Origin: Flavobacteriales bacterium
GTDB taxonomy: Bacteria; Bacteroidota; Bacteroidia; Palsa-965
Direction: 5' to 3'
Assembly: GCA_040377305.1 (NCBI GenBank)
Contig: JBEIPA010000002.1
Span: 32,001 to 96,000, forward strand
Length of the DNA: 64,000 nt
Position numbers and translations under genes: made by a program. Below are positions 27,175 to 36,123 of this stretch, piece by piece. The notes beneath the pieces were generated by a model. The model saw nothing but the letters and a program-made list of their open reading frames with translations. It was not told the DNA's origin and searched no databases. Each line of letters starts with the position of its first letter. Positions within the stretch are counted from its first letter, which is position 1.

Positions 27175-27737
27175 TGATTCGCATTATTGCCGGCTCTGAA
27201 AAGGGACGGAAAATTGCAGCTCCCAAAAATCTTCCGGTTCGTCCAACGACAGATTTCGCGAAAGAAGCTTTGTTCAATATTCTCCGCAACAAATTCGACT
27301 TCGAAAACATGACGGTTCTCGATCTATTCTGCGGAACCGGAAATATCAGTTACGAATTTGCATCACGCGGTTGTCCTGATATTACTTGTGTTGATATTGA
27401 CTCCGGTTGCATTCAGTTCGTGAAACAAACACAAAAGCAATTTGGGTTCGACGCCATCAAAGCTTCCAACTACGACGTGTTCAAGTTCGTGAAGAAGCAA
27501 ACCAAACAGTGGGATTTAGTTTTTGCCGATCCTCCGTTCACGCACAAACAAATCACAGAAATTCCCGGTGTCGTTTTCGAACACAATCTCGTAAAGCCCG
27601 GCGGATGGCTCATCGTTGAAACACCACCGCGCACGCATTTTCCTCCGGGATTACCGTTGCTCGAATTAAGAAGCTACGGCAAGGTCAACTTCGCCATCTT
27701 CGAACCTCAGGCACCATTTGAAGATTCGAAAATTTGA
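27171..27737 (+). CDS. rsmD: 16S rRNA m2G966 methyltransferase
   Basis: RIIAG..KGR, VRPTTDFAKEALFNIL, VLDLFCGTG, FADPPF. Confidence 0.92.
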   Translation: MMIRIIAGSEKGRKIAAPKNLPVRPTTDFAKEALFNILRNKFDFENMTVLDLFCGTGNISYEFASRGCPDITCVDIDSGCIQFVKQTQKQFGFDAIKASNYDVFKFVKKQTKQWDLVFADPPFTHKQITEIPGVVFEHNLVKPGGWLIVETPPRTHFPPGLPLLELRSYGKVNFAIFEPQAPFEDSKI

Positions 27738-27805
27738 AGATTCGAAATCACATGGGTGCTTGCAGCTAGCAATAAACGAATTTTCAAATCTTCAAATTTT
27801 CGAAT
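27716..27805. repeat. Inverted octamer tandem-repeat arms (ATTYGAAR), left arm inside the rsmD 3' end
   Basis: ATTTGAAG ATTCGAAA ATTTGAAG ATTCGAAA ... TTTCAAAT CTTCAAAT TTTCGAAT. Confidence 0.75.
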
Positions 27806-27850
27806 TCCCGGCGCTGTCTGAGGTGTGGTTTATTTTCGGAACTTTACAAT

Positions 27851-28315
27851 ATGACGAGAATCGCTGTATTCCCCGGTTCATTTGACCCTTTCACACGCGG
27901 ACACGAATCAATCGTCCGACGCGTGCTTCCGCTTTTCGACAAAGTAATTGTTGCCATTGGCGTAAACAGCCACAAGCAATATTATTTTTCGCTCGAGAAA
28001 AGAAAAGAAATGATCGCACATACTTTCAGGGACCTTTCCAACGTTGAAATAGATTCGTTCAGCGGGTTGACGATTGATTACTGTCACAACCAAGGCGCGA
28101 AATTCATTGTGCGTGGACTTCGTACGACTACCGATCTCGAGTTCGAAAAAGCCATTGCACAGATGAACAAAGTAATGGCCGACGATATAGAAACGCTGTT
28201 TATTTTGCCAACGCCAGAACTTTCCGCAATAAATTCAACAATTATCCGTGATATAGTACGTAATGGCGGAGATGCATCGCGTTTTGTTCCGGACGGAATT
28301 AATTTAAAAGTGTAA
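27851..28315 (+). CDS. coaD: Phosphopantetheine adenylyltransferase
   Basis: AVFPGSFDPFTRGH, IVRGLR...D.EFE, INSTIIRDI. Confidence 0.96.
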   Translation: MTRIAVFPGSFDPFTRGHESIVRRVLPLFDKVIVAIGVNSHKQYYFSLEKRKEMIAHTFRDLSNVEIDSFSGLTIDYCHNQGAKFIVRGLRTTTDLEFEKAIAQMNKVMADDIETLFILPTPELSAINSTIIRDIVRNGGDASRFVPDGINLKV

Positions 28316-28343
28316 CGCGGCACGTCTTTTGGGTTATACACAC

Positions 28344-29777
28344 ATGCAAAGGCTGTCAATTGTCCTCTTTCTATTTGCGATTTCTTTCTCTGTAAAAGCA
28401 GCGGAATGGACTGTGCATGGTCGCGCAGGAGTTGGTCCGGGAAATATAATTTCTGTTTACGCGTATGAAGACTACATCACGTATGTAGAAAAGAAGCTGG
28501 GTGAAACTATCACTGGCGACAGCGGCAAATTTTCAATCACCATAGATGTAGAGAAGATTTCCTGGGTTTTTCTGAAATGCGAAAATCTTTATGGATTTGT
28601 GTTCGCAACGCCGGGAAAGAAAACGGAAGTGTTTTTTCCGGCACGAGATCGTGAGTTTCAGATAAGCGCTGATGCACAATACGAAGTTCCGGTGACAATG
28701 TGGACATCTGACTCGACGGATATGAATTTTCTCGCAGCGGATTACAACGATAAGTTTAATTTCTTCTGGGGCGATTCCACCAGCAACAGATACATGGAAT
28801 TTGTGGCGGGGCAATCGGCAGAAGTACTCGACACGTTTCACAACCAGATGAACCGTGAATATCGCTGGGTAAAGAATCCGTACTTCCATACATGGCTTGA
28901 ATATGGTTTTGCTTCAATGGAGAATGCAACATTCCAGAGTGAGCGAAGAACTGCTCAGCGTTATCTTGTTGGGAAGGAAATCCGTTACGACAATCACGAG
29001 TACATGAACTTCTTCAACAACTTCTTTGAAGGATACGTGTATCGCTGGTCAATGAAGAAACAAGGCGAACGGATTTACAGCGCCATTAATATCAAAGTGA
29101 GTTACGATAGTGCAATGGCCGCTATGAGAAATCTTCCGTATCTGCAAAATGATACATTGCGTGAACTCGTATTGCTGAAAGGGTTGATGGAGTTATACTA
29201 CAACATGTCGTATGATCCGCGTAACGTCATTGCAGTTGCACAGCAGGTGGGTATTGCAAGTCCAATTCGGGAACATCGTGAAATTGCGCGCAACATCGTT
29301 CAGTTGTTTTCTAAATTGCGCGTGGGTACTATGGCAACTCACTTCACCGGAATCAACACGAAGGGTGAGAAAATTGATCCGCTCGAATTGTATAAAGGCA
29401 AATACATCTATATTTTCTTCTTCGCTACCTGGAATTCGAATTCACTGAACGAATTACGTTACATGAGCGAACTACAGAAGAAGTACGGAAAAGATATTCA
29501 GTTCGTGAGCATATCCATGGATGAGGATACTGCGGCCTGGAAGAAATTCATGAAAGCCAATCCGAAATACAATTGGCTCAATCTCCACTACGATTTCGAC
29601 AGCCGTATCAAAGCCGACTATAATCTCTTTGGTTATCCGATCGGCTACATCATCAATCCGGAAGGAAAGTTCTATACTTCACCTGCAGATAAGCCCTCTG
29701 GCGATCTGGAGTATGTATTGTATAGGATCGCTAACCCAAAGAAGCCTCCGCTGCTGCGACCGGAGGATGATCACTAG
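28344..29777 (+). CDS. Exported TlpA/thioredoxin-like domain protein lacking the CxxC motif
   Basis: Signal peptide from ATG 28344; C-terminal GKYIYIFFFATWNSNS, FVSISMD, YNLFGYP.GYIINPEG. Confidence 0.75.
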   Translation: MQRLSIVLFLFAISFSVKAAEWTVHGRAGVGPGNIISVYAYEDYITYVEKKLGETITGDSGKFSITIDVEKISWVFLKCENLYGFVFATPGKKTEVFFPARDREFQISADAQYEVPVTMWTSDSTDMNFLAADYNDKFNFFWGDSTSNRYMEFVAGQSAEVLDTFHNQMNREYRWVKNPYFHTWLEYGFASMENATFQSERRTAQRYLVGKEIRYDNHEYMNFFNNFFEGYVYRWSMKKQGERIYSAINIKVSYDSAMAAMRNLPYLQNDTLRELVLLKGLMELYYNMSYDPRNVIAVAQQVGIASPIREHREIARNIVQLFSKLRVGTMATHFTGINTKGEKIDPLELYKGKYIYIFFFATWNSNSLNELRYMSELQKKYGKDIQFVSISMDEDTAAWKKFMKANPKYNWLNLHYDFDSRIKADYNLFGYPIGYIINPEGKFYTSPADKPSGDLEYVLYRIANPKKPPLLRPEDDH

Positions 29778-29790
29778 CAGATTCTATTTC

Positions 29791-29887
29791 ATCAGCATAT
29801 CAACTAATCAGCATATCAGCTAATCGACCAGCTGACTTTGTGCTACGTGAAAGATATGCTGATTTGCAAATATGCCGATTTGCAGAT
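29791..29887. repeat. Inverted octamer tandem-repeat arms between convergent genes
   Basis: ATCAGCAT ATCAACTA ATCAGCAT ATCAGCTA ... GATATGCT GATTTGCA AATATGCC GATTTGCA. Confidence 0.75.
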
Positions 29888-29894
29888 GGACGAA

Positions 29895-30515
29895 CTAGCG
29901 TAACTCGGAAACCACTTCAACTACCGAATGAAAAGTATCCTTCAACGCCTCAATCACACCCGCCTCATTTCTCCACTCACATTTTGAAATTCCTTCTTCA
30001 GTTTGCGGAACGAGTTTTTTAGAATCACTCGTTTTCATTTCATACCAATGCGTCTTCTTCAATATGATTTTCTCACCTTCCTTGTAGGTATGATAGGTTG
30101 GTGAAAGTGTCCGCGTAATCTTCAATCCGGAAACACCACACTCCTCTTCCACTTCACGCAATGCAGCTTTCTCTGGCGTTTCACCTTTATCGATTTTCCC
30201 TTTCGGCAAATCCCATTTTCCCCTGCGATGAATCATCAGCAACTTTCCTTCTGAATTTTTAACAGCACCGCCAGCTGCCTCAATCACCTTCGTAAGTGTT
30301 TCAATTTTATGCAACACACGCGAAGGATCGTTGTGCAGAATAATCACATGTGGAAAGAATTTCTCCTCTGAATGCGCGAGATCAATCATTACCGAAAGTG
30401 TAGCCGCAGAGTCGTAATTCACAACCAAAGTGCCTGGAATATTTGCATCCGCGCCCGCATCACTCACAATAGAGAAGGGACGGTTATTGATGAAAATCTT
30501 GTAACTTTGAGGCAT
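29895..30515 (-). CDS. NUDIX hydrolase
   Basis: Nudix box GKIDKGETPEKAALREVEEECG; WDLPKG; PQTEEGI. Confidence 0.93.
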   Translation of the reverse strand: MPQSYKIFINNRPFSIVSDAGADANIPGTLVVNYDSAATLSVMIDLAHSEEKFFPHVIILHNDPSRVLHKIETLTKVIEAAGGAVKNSEGKLLMIHRRGKWDLPKGKIDKGETPEKAALREVEEECGVSGLKITRTLSPTYHTYKEGEKIILKKTHWYEMKTSDSKKLVPQTEEGISKCEWRNEAGVIEALKDTFHSVVEVVSELR

Positions 30516-31157
30516 ATGCTTAATAACGCAGTGACGGCTGCGAAAGTTGCAGAATTTCTTCTTCAGATCAAAGCCGTTCGATTACAACCAACAGAACCTT
30601 TTACTTGGGCATCCGGATGGAAGTCGCCAATTTACTGCGACAACCGTAAAACCTTGTCTCACCCGCGTATCCGCACCTTTATTCGTCAGAAATTTGTCGA
30701 AGCGATCAATGCATCCTTCCCCAAACCTGATTTAATCGCAGGCGTTGCAACCGGAGCTATCGCTCAAGGTGTGCTCGTTGCCGAAGAAATGGGACTGCCT
30801 TTCGTTTATGTGCGTCCTGAACCGAAGAAACACGGTCTCGGGAACCTGATTGAAGGTGAAGTAACCAAAGGTCAGTCGGTTGTTGTGGTTGAGGATCTCA
30901 TCTCTACCGGCGGAAGCAGCCTCAAAGCAGTGGAAGCATTGCGTGAAGCAGGTTGCCACGTAAAGGGAATGGCCGCAATTTTCACCTACGGCTTCGCGAA
31001 TGCAGAAGAGAACTTTCGTGCTGCAAATGTTCAGCTCACCACACTGTGCGATTACAGCTCACTCATTCGGCAGGCAATGAAAGATAATCTCGTTGCTGAA
31101 AGCGAACTGGGACAACTCGAGGCCTGGAGAAAAGATCCTTCAACCTGGGGAAAGTAA
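30516..31157 (+). CDS. pyrE: Orotate phosphoribosyltransferase
   Basis: Start moved to ATG 30516; FTWASGWKSPIYCDNR, VVVVEDLISTGGSS PRPP motif. Confidence 0.96.
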   Translation: MLNNAVTAAKVAEFLLQIKAVRLQPTEPFTWASGWKSPIYCDNRKTLSHPRIRTFIRQKFVEAINASFPKPDLIAGVATGAIAQGVLVAEEMGLPFVYVRPEPKKHGLGNLIEGEVTKGQSVVVVEDLISTGGSSLKAVEALREAGCHVKGMAAIFTYGFANAEENFRAANVQLTTLCDYSSLIRQAMKDNLVAESELGQLEAWRKDPSTWGK

Positions 31158-31169
31158 AATTTAATACTT

Positions 31170-31228
31170 GAGATTTAGGATTTCAGATTTCAGTCTGCAA
31201 ATCACAAATGTCAAATCAAAATCACAAT
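31170..31228. repeat. Inverted heptamer tandem-repeat arms
   Basis: GAGATTT AGGATTT CAGATTT ... AAATCAC AAATGTC AAATCAA AATCAC. Confidence 0.6.
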
Positions 31229-31232
31229 TGAA

Positions 31233-31634
31233 ATGACGCGTATTGAAACCGAAAAAGTAAATTGTCCTCAGCCTGCTGAGAAACTATATACATTCCTGAC
31301 CGACTTCAAGAATTTCCAGTCGTTGATGCCTCCACAGGTTTCAAATTGGCAATCCACAGAAGACACCTGCTCGTTCACCATTAACAACATGGCGACAGTA
31401 GGAATGAAAATTGAATCCAAAACTCCGCACAACAAAATTCACATCATCAGCGACGGAGGAAAAGTTCCTTTCACCTTTACGCTCGATGTTCTGATCACTT
31501 CTGTTGATGCAAACAACTCCATCGGGCAACTCGTGTTCGATGCTGATATTCCGATTTTCTTGCGTCCAATGGTAACCGGACCGCTGACGAACTTCTTCAA
31601 TTTGTTGGCGAAGAAGATGGCGGATATTAAATAG
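31233..31634 (+). CDS. SRPBCC/START-fold family protein
   Basis: LYTFLTDFKNF..LMP, C-terminal M..GPL.NF.N.LA helix; commonly follows pyrE in Bacteroidota. Confidence 0.75.
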   Translation: MTRIETEKVNCPQPAEKLYTFLTDFKNFQSLMPPQVSNWQSTEDTCSFTINNMATVGMKIESKTPHNKIHIISDGGKVPFTFTLDVLITSVDANNSIGQLVFDADIPIFLRPMVTGPLTNFFNLLAKKMADIK

Positions 31635-31730
31635 CTTTCGACCACCGCTGTTTACGTCACTACAACCACACGTTACATCCTTCTTGCCGTACTGTTTTTT
31701 TCGAGTAACTTGTTTACCAAAACAGTTCTG

Positions 31731-33263
31731 ATGCGCGCCTCTTATTTATTGACCATAGTGCTGATCAATGCACTGGCCCAGGTTTCACTTGCACAAACAA
31801 ACGTATCGCTATACAGTGCGAATTATACAGGTATCTGTTCAATAGAAGACGTAGCGAGCGATTTACAAGGTGGCAATGTTTACAGTGGATCAACTTACAC
31901 CGCATCATTTTATGAACTTTTTGTAATGCGCGTTAACAGCAACGGGCAGGTTCTGTGGACAATGCGATACCCTGATACTCTTTCTATCCAAAGTTCGTCG
32001 ATAGTTACAGACACATCTGGTATTTACCTGGTCGGTACGCAAACCGATACTGCAACCGGAAGTACTTCTGGATTTGCAGCGCGGATTGACTACAGCGGTT
32101 CCGTCATCTGGCGCAATAAAATTACTGCTCCCCTTCTCACTTGTATTACTATTGCTTCTCCGGGTAAATATATCACAGCTGGACAAAATTGTATTGTTGA
32201 ATTCGATGAAAACGGGACCCTCCTTTGGTCACATTCCGACTCGCTTTCTGCACCCATTCTAAGTTACCGTGATTTAACTTGTGACTCGTATGGGAACATT
32301 TATGTCAGCGGCGCGCGTCATGGCTCATCTTCCACCACAGTTGGCATAATCACTAAATACGATTCGCTCGGAAACGTCATCTGGTACAAGGAATATCATG
32401 GAAACTTCATGCCGTTTGGATGGTACGGTACAGTTTGGAATTCAACAGAATTATTAGGTTACGGCTGGTTCATGGTTCCAGCTGGTATAAATGGAGTCTT
32501 CTTTCCGATTTACATCACTCAAATGGATACCGCAGGAATTATTCACCAGTCGTTCTGCTCACCAGTAAGCAACACCAACCCTGAAAGTTTCTCCACCTCT
32601 GATGCTGTAATGATCGACACTAATACCCTGCTGCTTGCTGGTAGGCGCTCTTCGACACCCATGTTGTTCACTTTCGAGCTGAATTCGTTCAGCATGACAA
32701 AAGCCGTTTCCATGCAGTTTGCTTCCGGAGAAATCCGATCTGTCGTGCTCGACAATGATTCAACGTTTTCTTATTGTGGTAGTCGCCAAAGTCAGTTCAA
32801 TGGGATATTCCATTTCGGCCACATGGATACTTCTATGACACATGCCTGCGGTTGGCTGCCTTTCACTACGGGAACCAGTGGATTGAATGCAACACTTTCT
32901 GTAACGTCGCACGTTCATGGAATCGCACCGTTCGCCATTAACCAGACATTAAGTGCAACGTCCACATCTTTTATAATCGACACCTGTATTTTCACAGAAG
33001 TAAATGAGAATTCCATAGTTCCGCTTGCGTGCCGAATTTTCCCGAATCCAAGTTCAGATAAATGCATCGTGACATTTGCTACAGCTGCAACACGTCCCAC
33101 GTATTTGTTTCTGCGAAATATTTCAGGTGAGGTAGTCCGGGAAATAACACTTCCGGCCCGACAACAAGCCATCGAATTGAACGTATCCGATTTGTGTCCC
33201 GGAATTTATCTTCTCACCAGTGAAAATGGAATTGCAGAGAAGATTGAAGTCGTCAACGACTAA
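31731..33263 (+). CDS. T9SS type A sorting domain protein with propeller-like repeats
   Basis: Signal peptide from ATG 31731; K/R.DS.G.V.W repeats; IFPNPSS...PGIYLL CTD. Confidence 0.8.
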   Translation: MRASYLLTIVLINALAQVSLAQTNVSLYSANYTGICSIEDVASDLQGGNVYSGSTYTASFYELFVMRVNSNGQVLWTMRYPDTLSIQSSSIVTDTSGIYLVGTQTDTATGSTSGFAARIDYSGSVIWRNKITAPLLTCITIASPGKYITAGQNCIVEFDENGTLLWSHSDSLSAPILSYRDLTCDSYGNIYVSGARHGSSSTTVGIITKYDSLGNVIWYKEYHGNFMPFGWYGTVWNSTELLGYGWFMVPAGINGVFFPIYITQMDTAGIIHQSFCSPVSNTNPESFSTSDAVMIDTNTLLLAGRRSSTPMLFTFELNSFSMTKAVSMQFASGEIRSVVLDNDSTFSYCGSRQSQFNGIFHFGHMDTSMTHACGWLPFTTGTSGLNATLSVTSHVHGIAPFAINQTLSATSTSFIIDTCIFTEVNENSIVPLACRIFPNPSSDKCIVTFATAATRPTYLFLRNISGEVVREITLPARQQAIELNVSDLCPGIYLLTSENGIAEKIEVVND

Positions 33264-33911
33264 CTACTTCATCCGATCCGCTCTGCTCACCTTCCAGATC
33301 ATCAATTCAATATTTCCTTTCGTGGACTTGATTGAATCTTCGTAAGCAACATACGTGGTAGAATCAGTGGGAATGCTTGTACCCTCAGCAACTACATTAA
33401 TTTTCTTACGGGTCTGATCGGGGTACAAAAAGTAGAAACGGTTTTGCATCGCCTCACGTACCGTTAGGAAGTCTTCATTGATGGTCATTTCACCGCGAGC
33501 ATCGAACTTGAAATACAAAGTATCTGCCTCGCTGCCCACTTTGGTTTTAGTGGATTCGTCGTTCGTGAAATACACACGTGCTTCTCCTTCGAATCCGGCC
33601 TGAACCATGAATACGTAAACCGGTGGTGTGTATGGTGGACGATCATTGAGATACCACAACAGCGGACCGAGAACGAGCGCGACCTGAATCACGACTTCCA
33701 TTTCCCATGCTCCTTTGACTTTCGAAAGAATGAAAGTTGAAAGCAAGTATGCACCAGCCACAGCGAGAAGATACCATGCCCATTCCGGATTCGGATCGCT
33801 GCTCAGGGCATTCCATGTGAAAATGAAAAGATAAATCGCAACAAGAAGCCACGCTACTAGCGCAAGTGGATATGCAAACCACTTCATGCTGCGTTCCGAC
33901 TGGTATTCCAA
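33264..33911 (-). CDS. Membrane protein, three N-terminal TM helices plus soluble domain
   Basis: 215-aa ORF directly downstream of purS; hydrophobic N-terminal third. Confidence 0.7.
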   Translation of the reverse strand: MEYQSERSMKWFAYPLALVAWLLVAIYLFIFTWNALSSDPNPEWAWYLLAVAGAYLLSTFILSKVKGAWEMEVVIQVALVLGPLLWYLNDRPPYTPPVYVFMVQAGFEGEARVYFTNDESTKTKVGSEADTLYFKFDARGEMTINEDFLTVREAMQNRFYFLYPDQTRKKINVVAEGTSIPTDSTTYVAYEDSIKSTKGNIELMIWKVSRADRMK

Positions 33912-34166
33912 TTATTTCGCTTCCGTCAAGTGGAACTCGTAGAACTCCATGATCTGATTCGCGAGCAACTTCTTGCAAGCTTCATCCACTTTCGCATGTG
34001 CAACTTCTTTCGATGCTGCTTCAACTTCAAGCGTGATGTGCTTACCGATACGCACGTTCTGGATCTCAGCAAGTCCGAGATTTTTCATGCTGCCTGTTAC
34101 TGCTTTACCTTGTGGATCAAGAAGCGCCTTCATAGGCATTACGTCGATTTCTGCGATGAATTTCAT
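33912..34166 (-). CDS. purS: Phosphoribosylformylglycinamidine synthase subunit PurS
   Basis: LLDPQGKAV, VRIGKHI.L, CKKLLAN.IME. Confidence 0.95.
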   Translation of the reverse strand: MKFIAEIDVMPMKALLDPQGKAVTGSMKNLGLAEIQNVRIGKHITLEVEAASKEVAHAKVDEACKKLLANQIMEFYEFHLTEAK

Positions 34167-34172
34167 ACAAAC

Positions 34173-34225
34173 AATGTGCTAATTTGCTAATGTGGTAATG
34201 TGCTAAACAAAGCGGGGCAAAGGTA
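34173..34225 (-). promoter_or_regulatory. -7 box TACCTTTG with an octamer tandem repeat in the purS leader
   Basis: CAAAGGTA at 34218-34225; AATGTGCT AATTTGCT AATGTGGT AATGTGCT at 34173-34204. Confidence 0.55.
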
Positions 34226-34269
34226 GCAAGTTCAATCGTTTCGTTAGGGCGGTTTTATTCACAATCTGA

Positions 34270-35094
34270 TCACAATTCCACCTTTGATTGGCGCTTCGTG
34301 AGGGCGTAAATGCCTGATAAAAGGATATATGCCACAACCACCAGCGGCAAAGCGCCAAGTTTTAACACAACAAACAGCGAAGCCGCGAGCGCCAGAAATA
34401 GATAGCGAATCTCATTGCCTTTCCACTTTAGCGACTTGACCTTGAACGAGAACATCGGAATGGGACTCACCAGGAGTACTGACATCACCACGGTAACAAT
34501 TGCCAATGTGATTTGTGAATGCCAGAATTCACGCAGCGCAACTTCGAACGCCGACAGACTCTCCATCACACGCGGCAAATAGTCATTGAGAATGTAAGTA
34601 CGACCATTGAAGAAAAATGCACCGGAATCGTTCAGTCCAAACAAGATCGGTAAACCACAAATCAGCAACGCATTCGCCAGCGTCGGTAAACCAATAAATG
34701 ATTCCGACTGACGCGTGTCGACATTAAATTTTGCCAGACGCAACGCAGAAAAAAGCGGCACCATAAATCCGATATACGGAAGCCATTCACTGATCCCACT
34801 TCCCCTTCCCCAAAGACCCGTTGGATTCGCATAGCCAATCATCTGAAACATCACCATGCCCGGAACAACACCGAAAGTGACCATGTCCGCCAGCGAATCG
34901 AGTTCTTTTCCCATTGGAGAACCTTGCTTCAATCCTCGCGCTGCAAATCCATCCAGGAAATCGAACACACAAGCTATCATCACGAGATAAACCGCGATGC
35001 CGATGTTACCATCAATCACATTCAGAATTGCAATGCAACCGCAAAGTAGATTGCCGAGAGAAAGAAGATTGGGAACGGAAAATAATTGCTTCAT
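34270..35094 (-). CDS. pssA: CDP-alcohol phosphatidyltransferase (phosphatidylserine synthase-like), paralog 2
   Basis: Start moved to ATG 35094; PNLLSLGNL, DFLDGFAAR...S.MGKELDSLADMVTFGV.P, ALRLAKFN. Confidence 0.85.
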   Translation of the reverse strand: MKQLFSVPNLLSLGNLLCGCIAILNVIDGNIGIAVYLVMIACVFDFLDGFAARGLKQGSPMGKELDSLADMVTFGVVPGMVMFQMIGYANPTGLWGRGSGISEWLPYIGFMVPLFSALRLAKFNVDTRQSESFIGLPTLANALLICGLPILFGLNDSGAFFFNGRTYILNDYLPRVMESLSAFEVALREFWHSQITLAIVTVVMSVLLVSPIPMFSFKVKSLKWKGNEIRYLFLALAASLFVVLKLGALPLVVVAYILLSGIYALTKRQSKVEL

Positions 35095-35108
35095 GGTCCA
35101 GGTGTAAT

Positions 35109-35149
35109 GATTCTTCAGCCGCGCGGATTTATCCCGCGGTTGAAGAATC
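35109..35149. repeat. Short REP-like hairpin overlapping the stop of pssA paralog 1
   Basis: GATTCTTCAGCCGCG-CGGATTTATCC-CGCGGTTGAAGAATC; core resembles the reverse complement of CCGTGGGATAAACCCCACGG at 24493. Confidence 0.6.
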
Positions 35150-35992
35150 AGGAGCATTCTTCTTCGCAAATAGGTTATTCACCACCGATAACAAAATGTA
35201 CAGCACAATAATCAATGGCAACGCAATGAACTTCAGCAACACCATCATCACAACCGCAGCCGCAAGGAATGAATAACGCAGTTCGTTTCCTCTCAACTTA
35301 AAGGATTTGAATTTGAGTGCGAAAAGTGGGATTTCGGATATCAACAAATAAGACATAATCAGCGAAAGAGCCACATAATGCCATGTCCAATCAGCGTGAC
35401 CTATCAATTCAAATAAAGGTCCATCTACCTTGTGGAGATCAAACAATTCCCCACCAAAATTTTGAAGTCCGACCTGATGGTAAAGAATAAGTGGAATTGA
35501 GCAAATTAGAATCGAACTAGCTGGTGTTGGAACTCCAATGAATGAATCGGACTGACGCGTGTCATTGTTGAATTTCGCAAGACGCAATGCTGAAAATAAA
35601 GTAACCAGAAATGCTGTAAATGGCAATAAGTGTATAGTCTCGAAGGGTTGATTCAAATTGCCGCCTACCCATAAGTCTCCAAATTGATTCGAAGAAGGAA
35701 ACATAAACCCCGGATCTGACCACTGCAGTGACGTGCGCATCAAATGATACAAGACAACACCCGGCACCACACCAAACGTCACCATATCCGCCAGTGAATC
35801 GAGATCTTTTCCGATTGGAGAATGTTGCTTCAATGCACGCGCTACAAATCCGTCCAGAAAATCCAACACCGCTGCGATGCCCACGAGATAAGCGGCCCAA
35901 ACCAAATTGCCATTGAATGCGAATACAATTGCAAGACAACCGCAGAAGAGATTTCCGAGTGTAATGATATTGGGAATGGTGAAGAGCTTCAT
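35129..35992 (-). CDS. pssA: CDP-alcohol phosphatidyltransferase (phosphatidylserine synthase-like), paralog 1
   Basis: Start moved to ATG 35992; PNIITLGNL, DFLDGFVAR...GKDLDSLADMVTFGVVPG, ALRLAKFN. Confidence 0.85.
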   Translation of the reverse strand: MKLFTIPNIITLGNLFCGCLAIVFAFNGNLVWAAYLVGIAAVLDFLDGFVARALKQHSPIGKDLDSLADMVTFGVVPGVVLYHLMRTSLQWSDPGFMFPSSNQFGDLWVGGNLNQPFETIHLLPFTAFLVTLFSALRLAKFNNDTRQSDSFIGVPTPASSILICSIPLILYHQVGLQNFGGELFDLHKVDGPLFELIGHADWTWHYVALSLIMSYLLISEIPLFALKFKSFKLRGNELRYSFLAAAVVMMVLLKFIALPLIIVLYILLSVVNNLFAKKNAPDSSTAG

Positions 35993-35998
35993 GAAGAG

Positions 35999-36119
35999 CG
36001 AAGATAGCAATTCAGTAGGCAGTAAGCAGTAGGTCAGTTGGCAGTCAATATGACAATTTATTCAACCCGACATTTTTACCCGACTGCCTACTGCACTACT
36101 GCCAAACTGCCTACTTTTA
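35999..36119. promoter_or_regulatory. Divergent promoter region with inverted ACTGCCT heptamer arms
   Basis: TATCTTCG on minus (35999-36006), CAGTAGG arm 36013-36045, ACTGCCT arm 36083-36115, TACTTTTA on plus (36112-36119). Confidence 0.6.
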
Positions 36120-36123
36120 TCCA

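Noticed and set aside
30372-30515. 48-aa N-terminal extension of pyrE in the ORF track
   Set aside because: Overlaps the NUDIX gene antisense; PyrE-like sequence and the promoter box point to ATG 30516.
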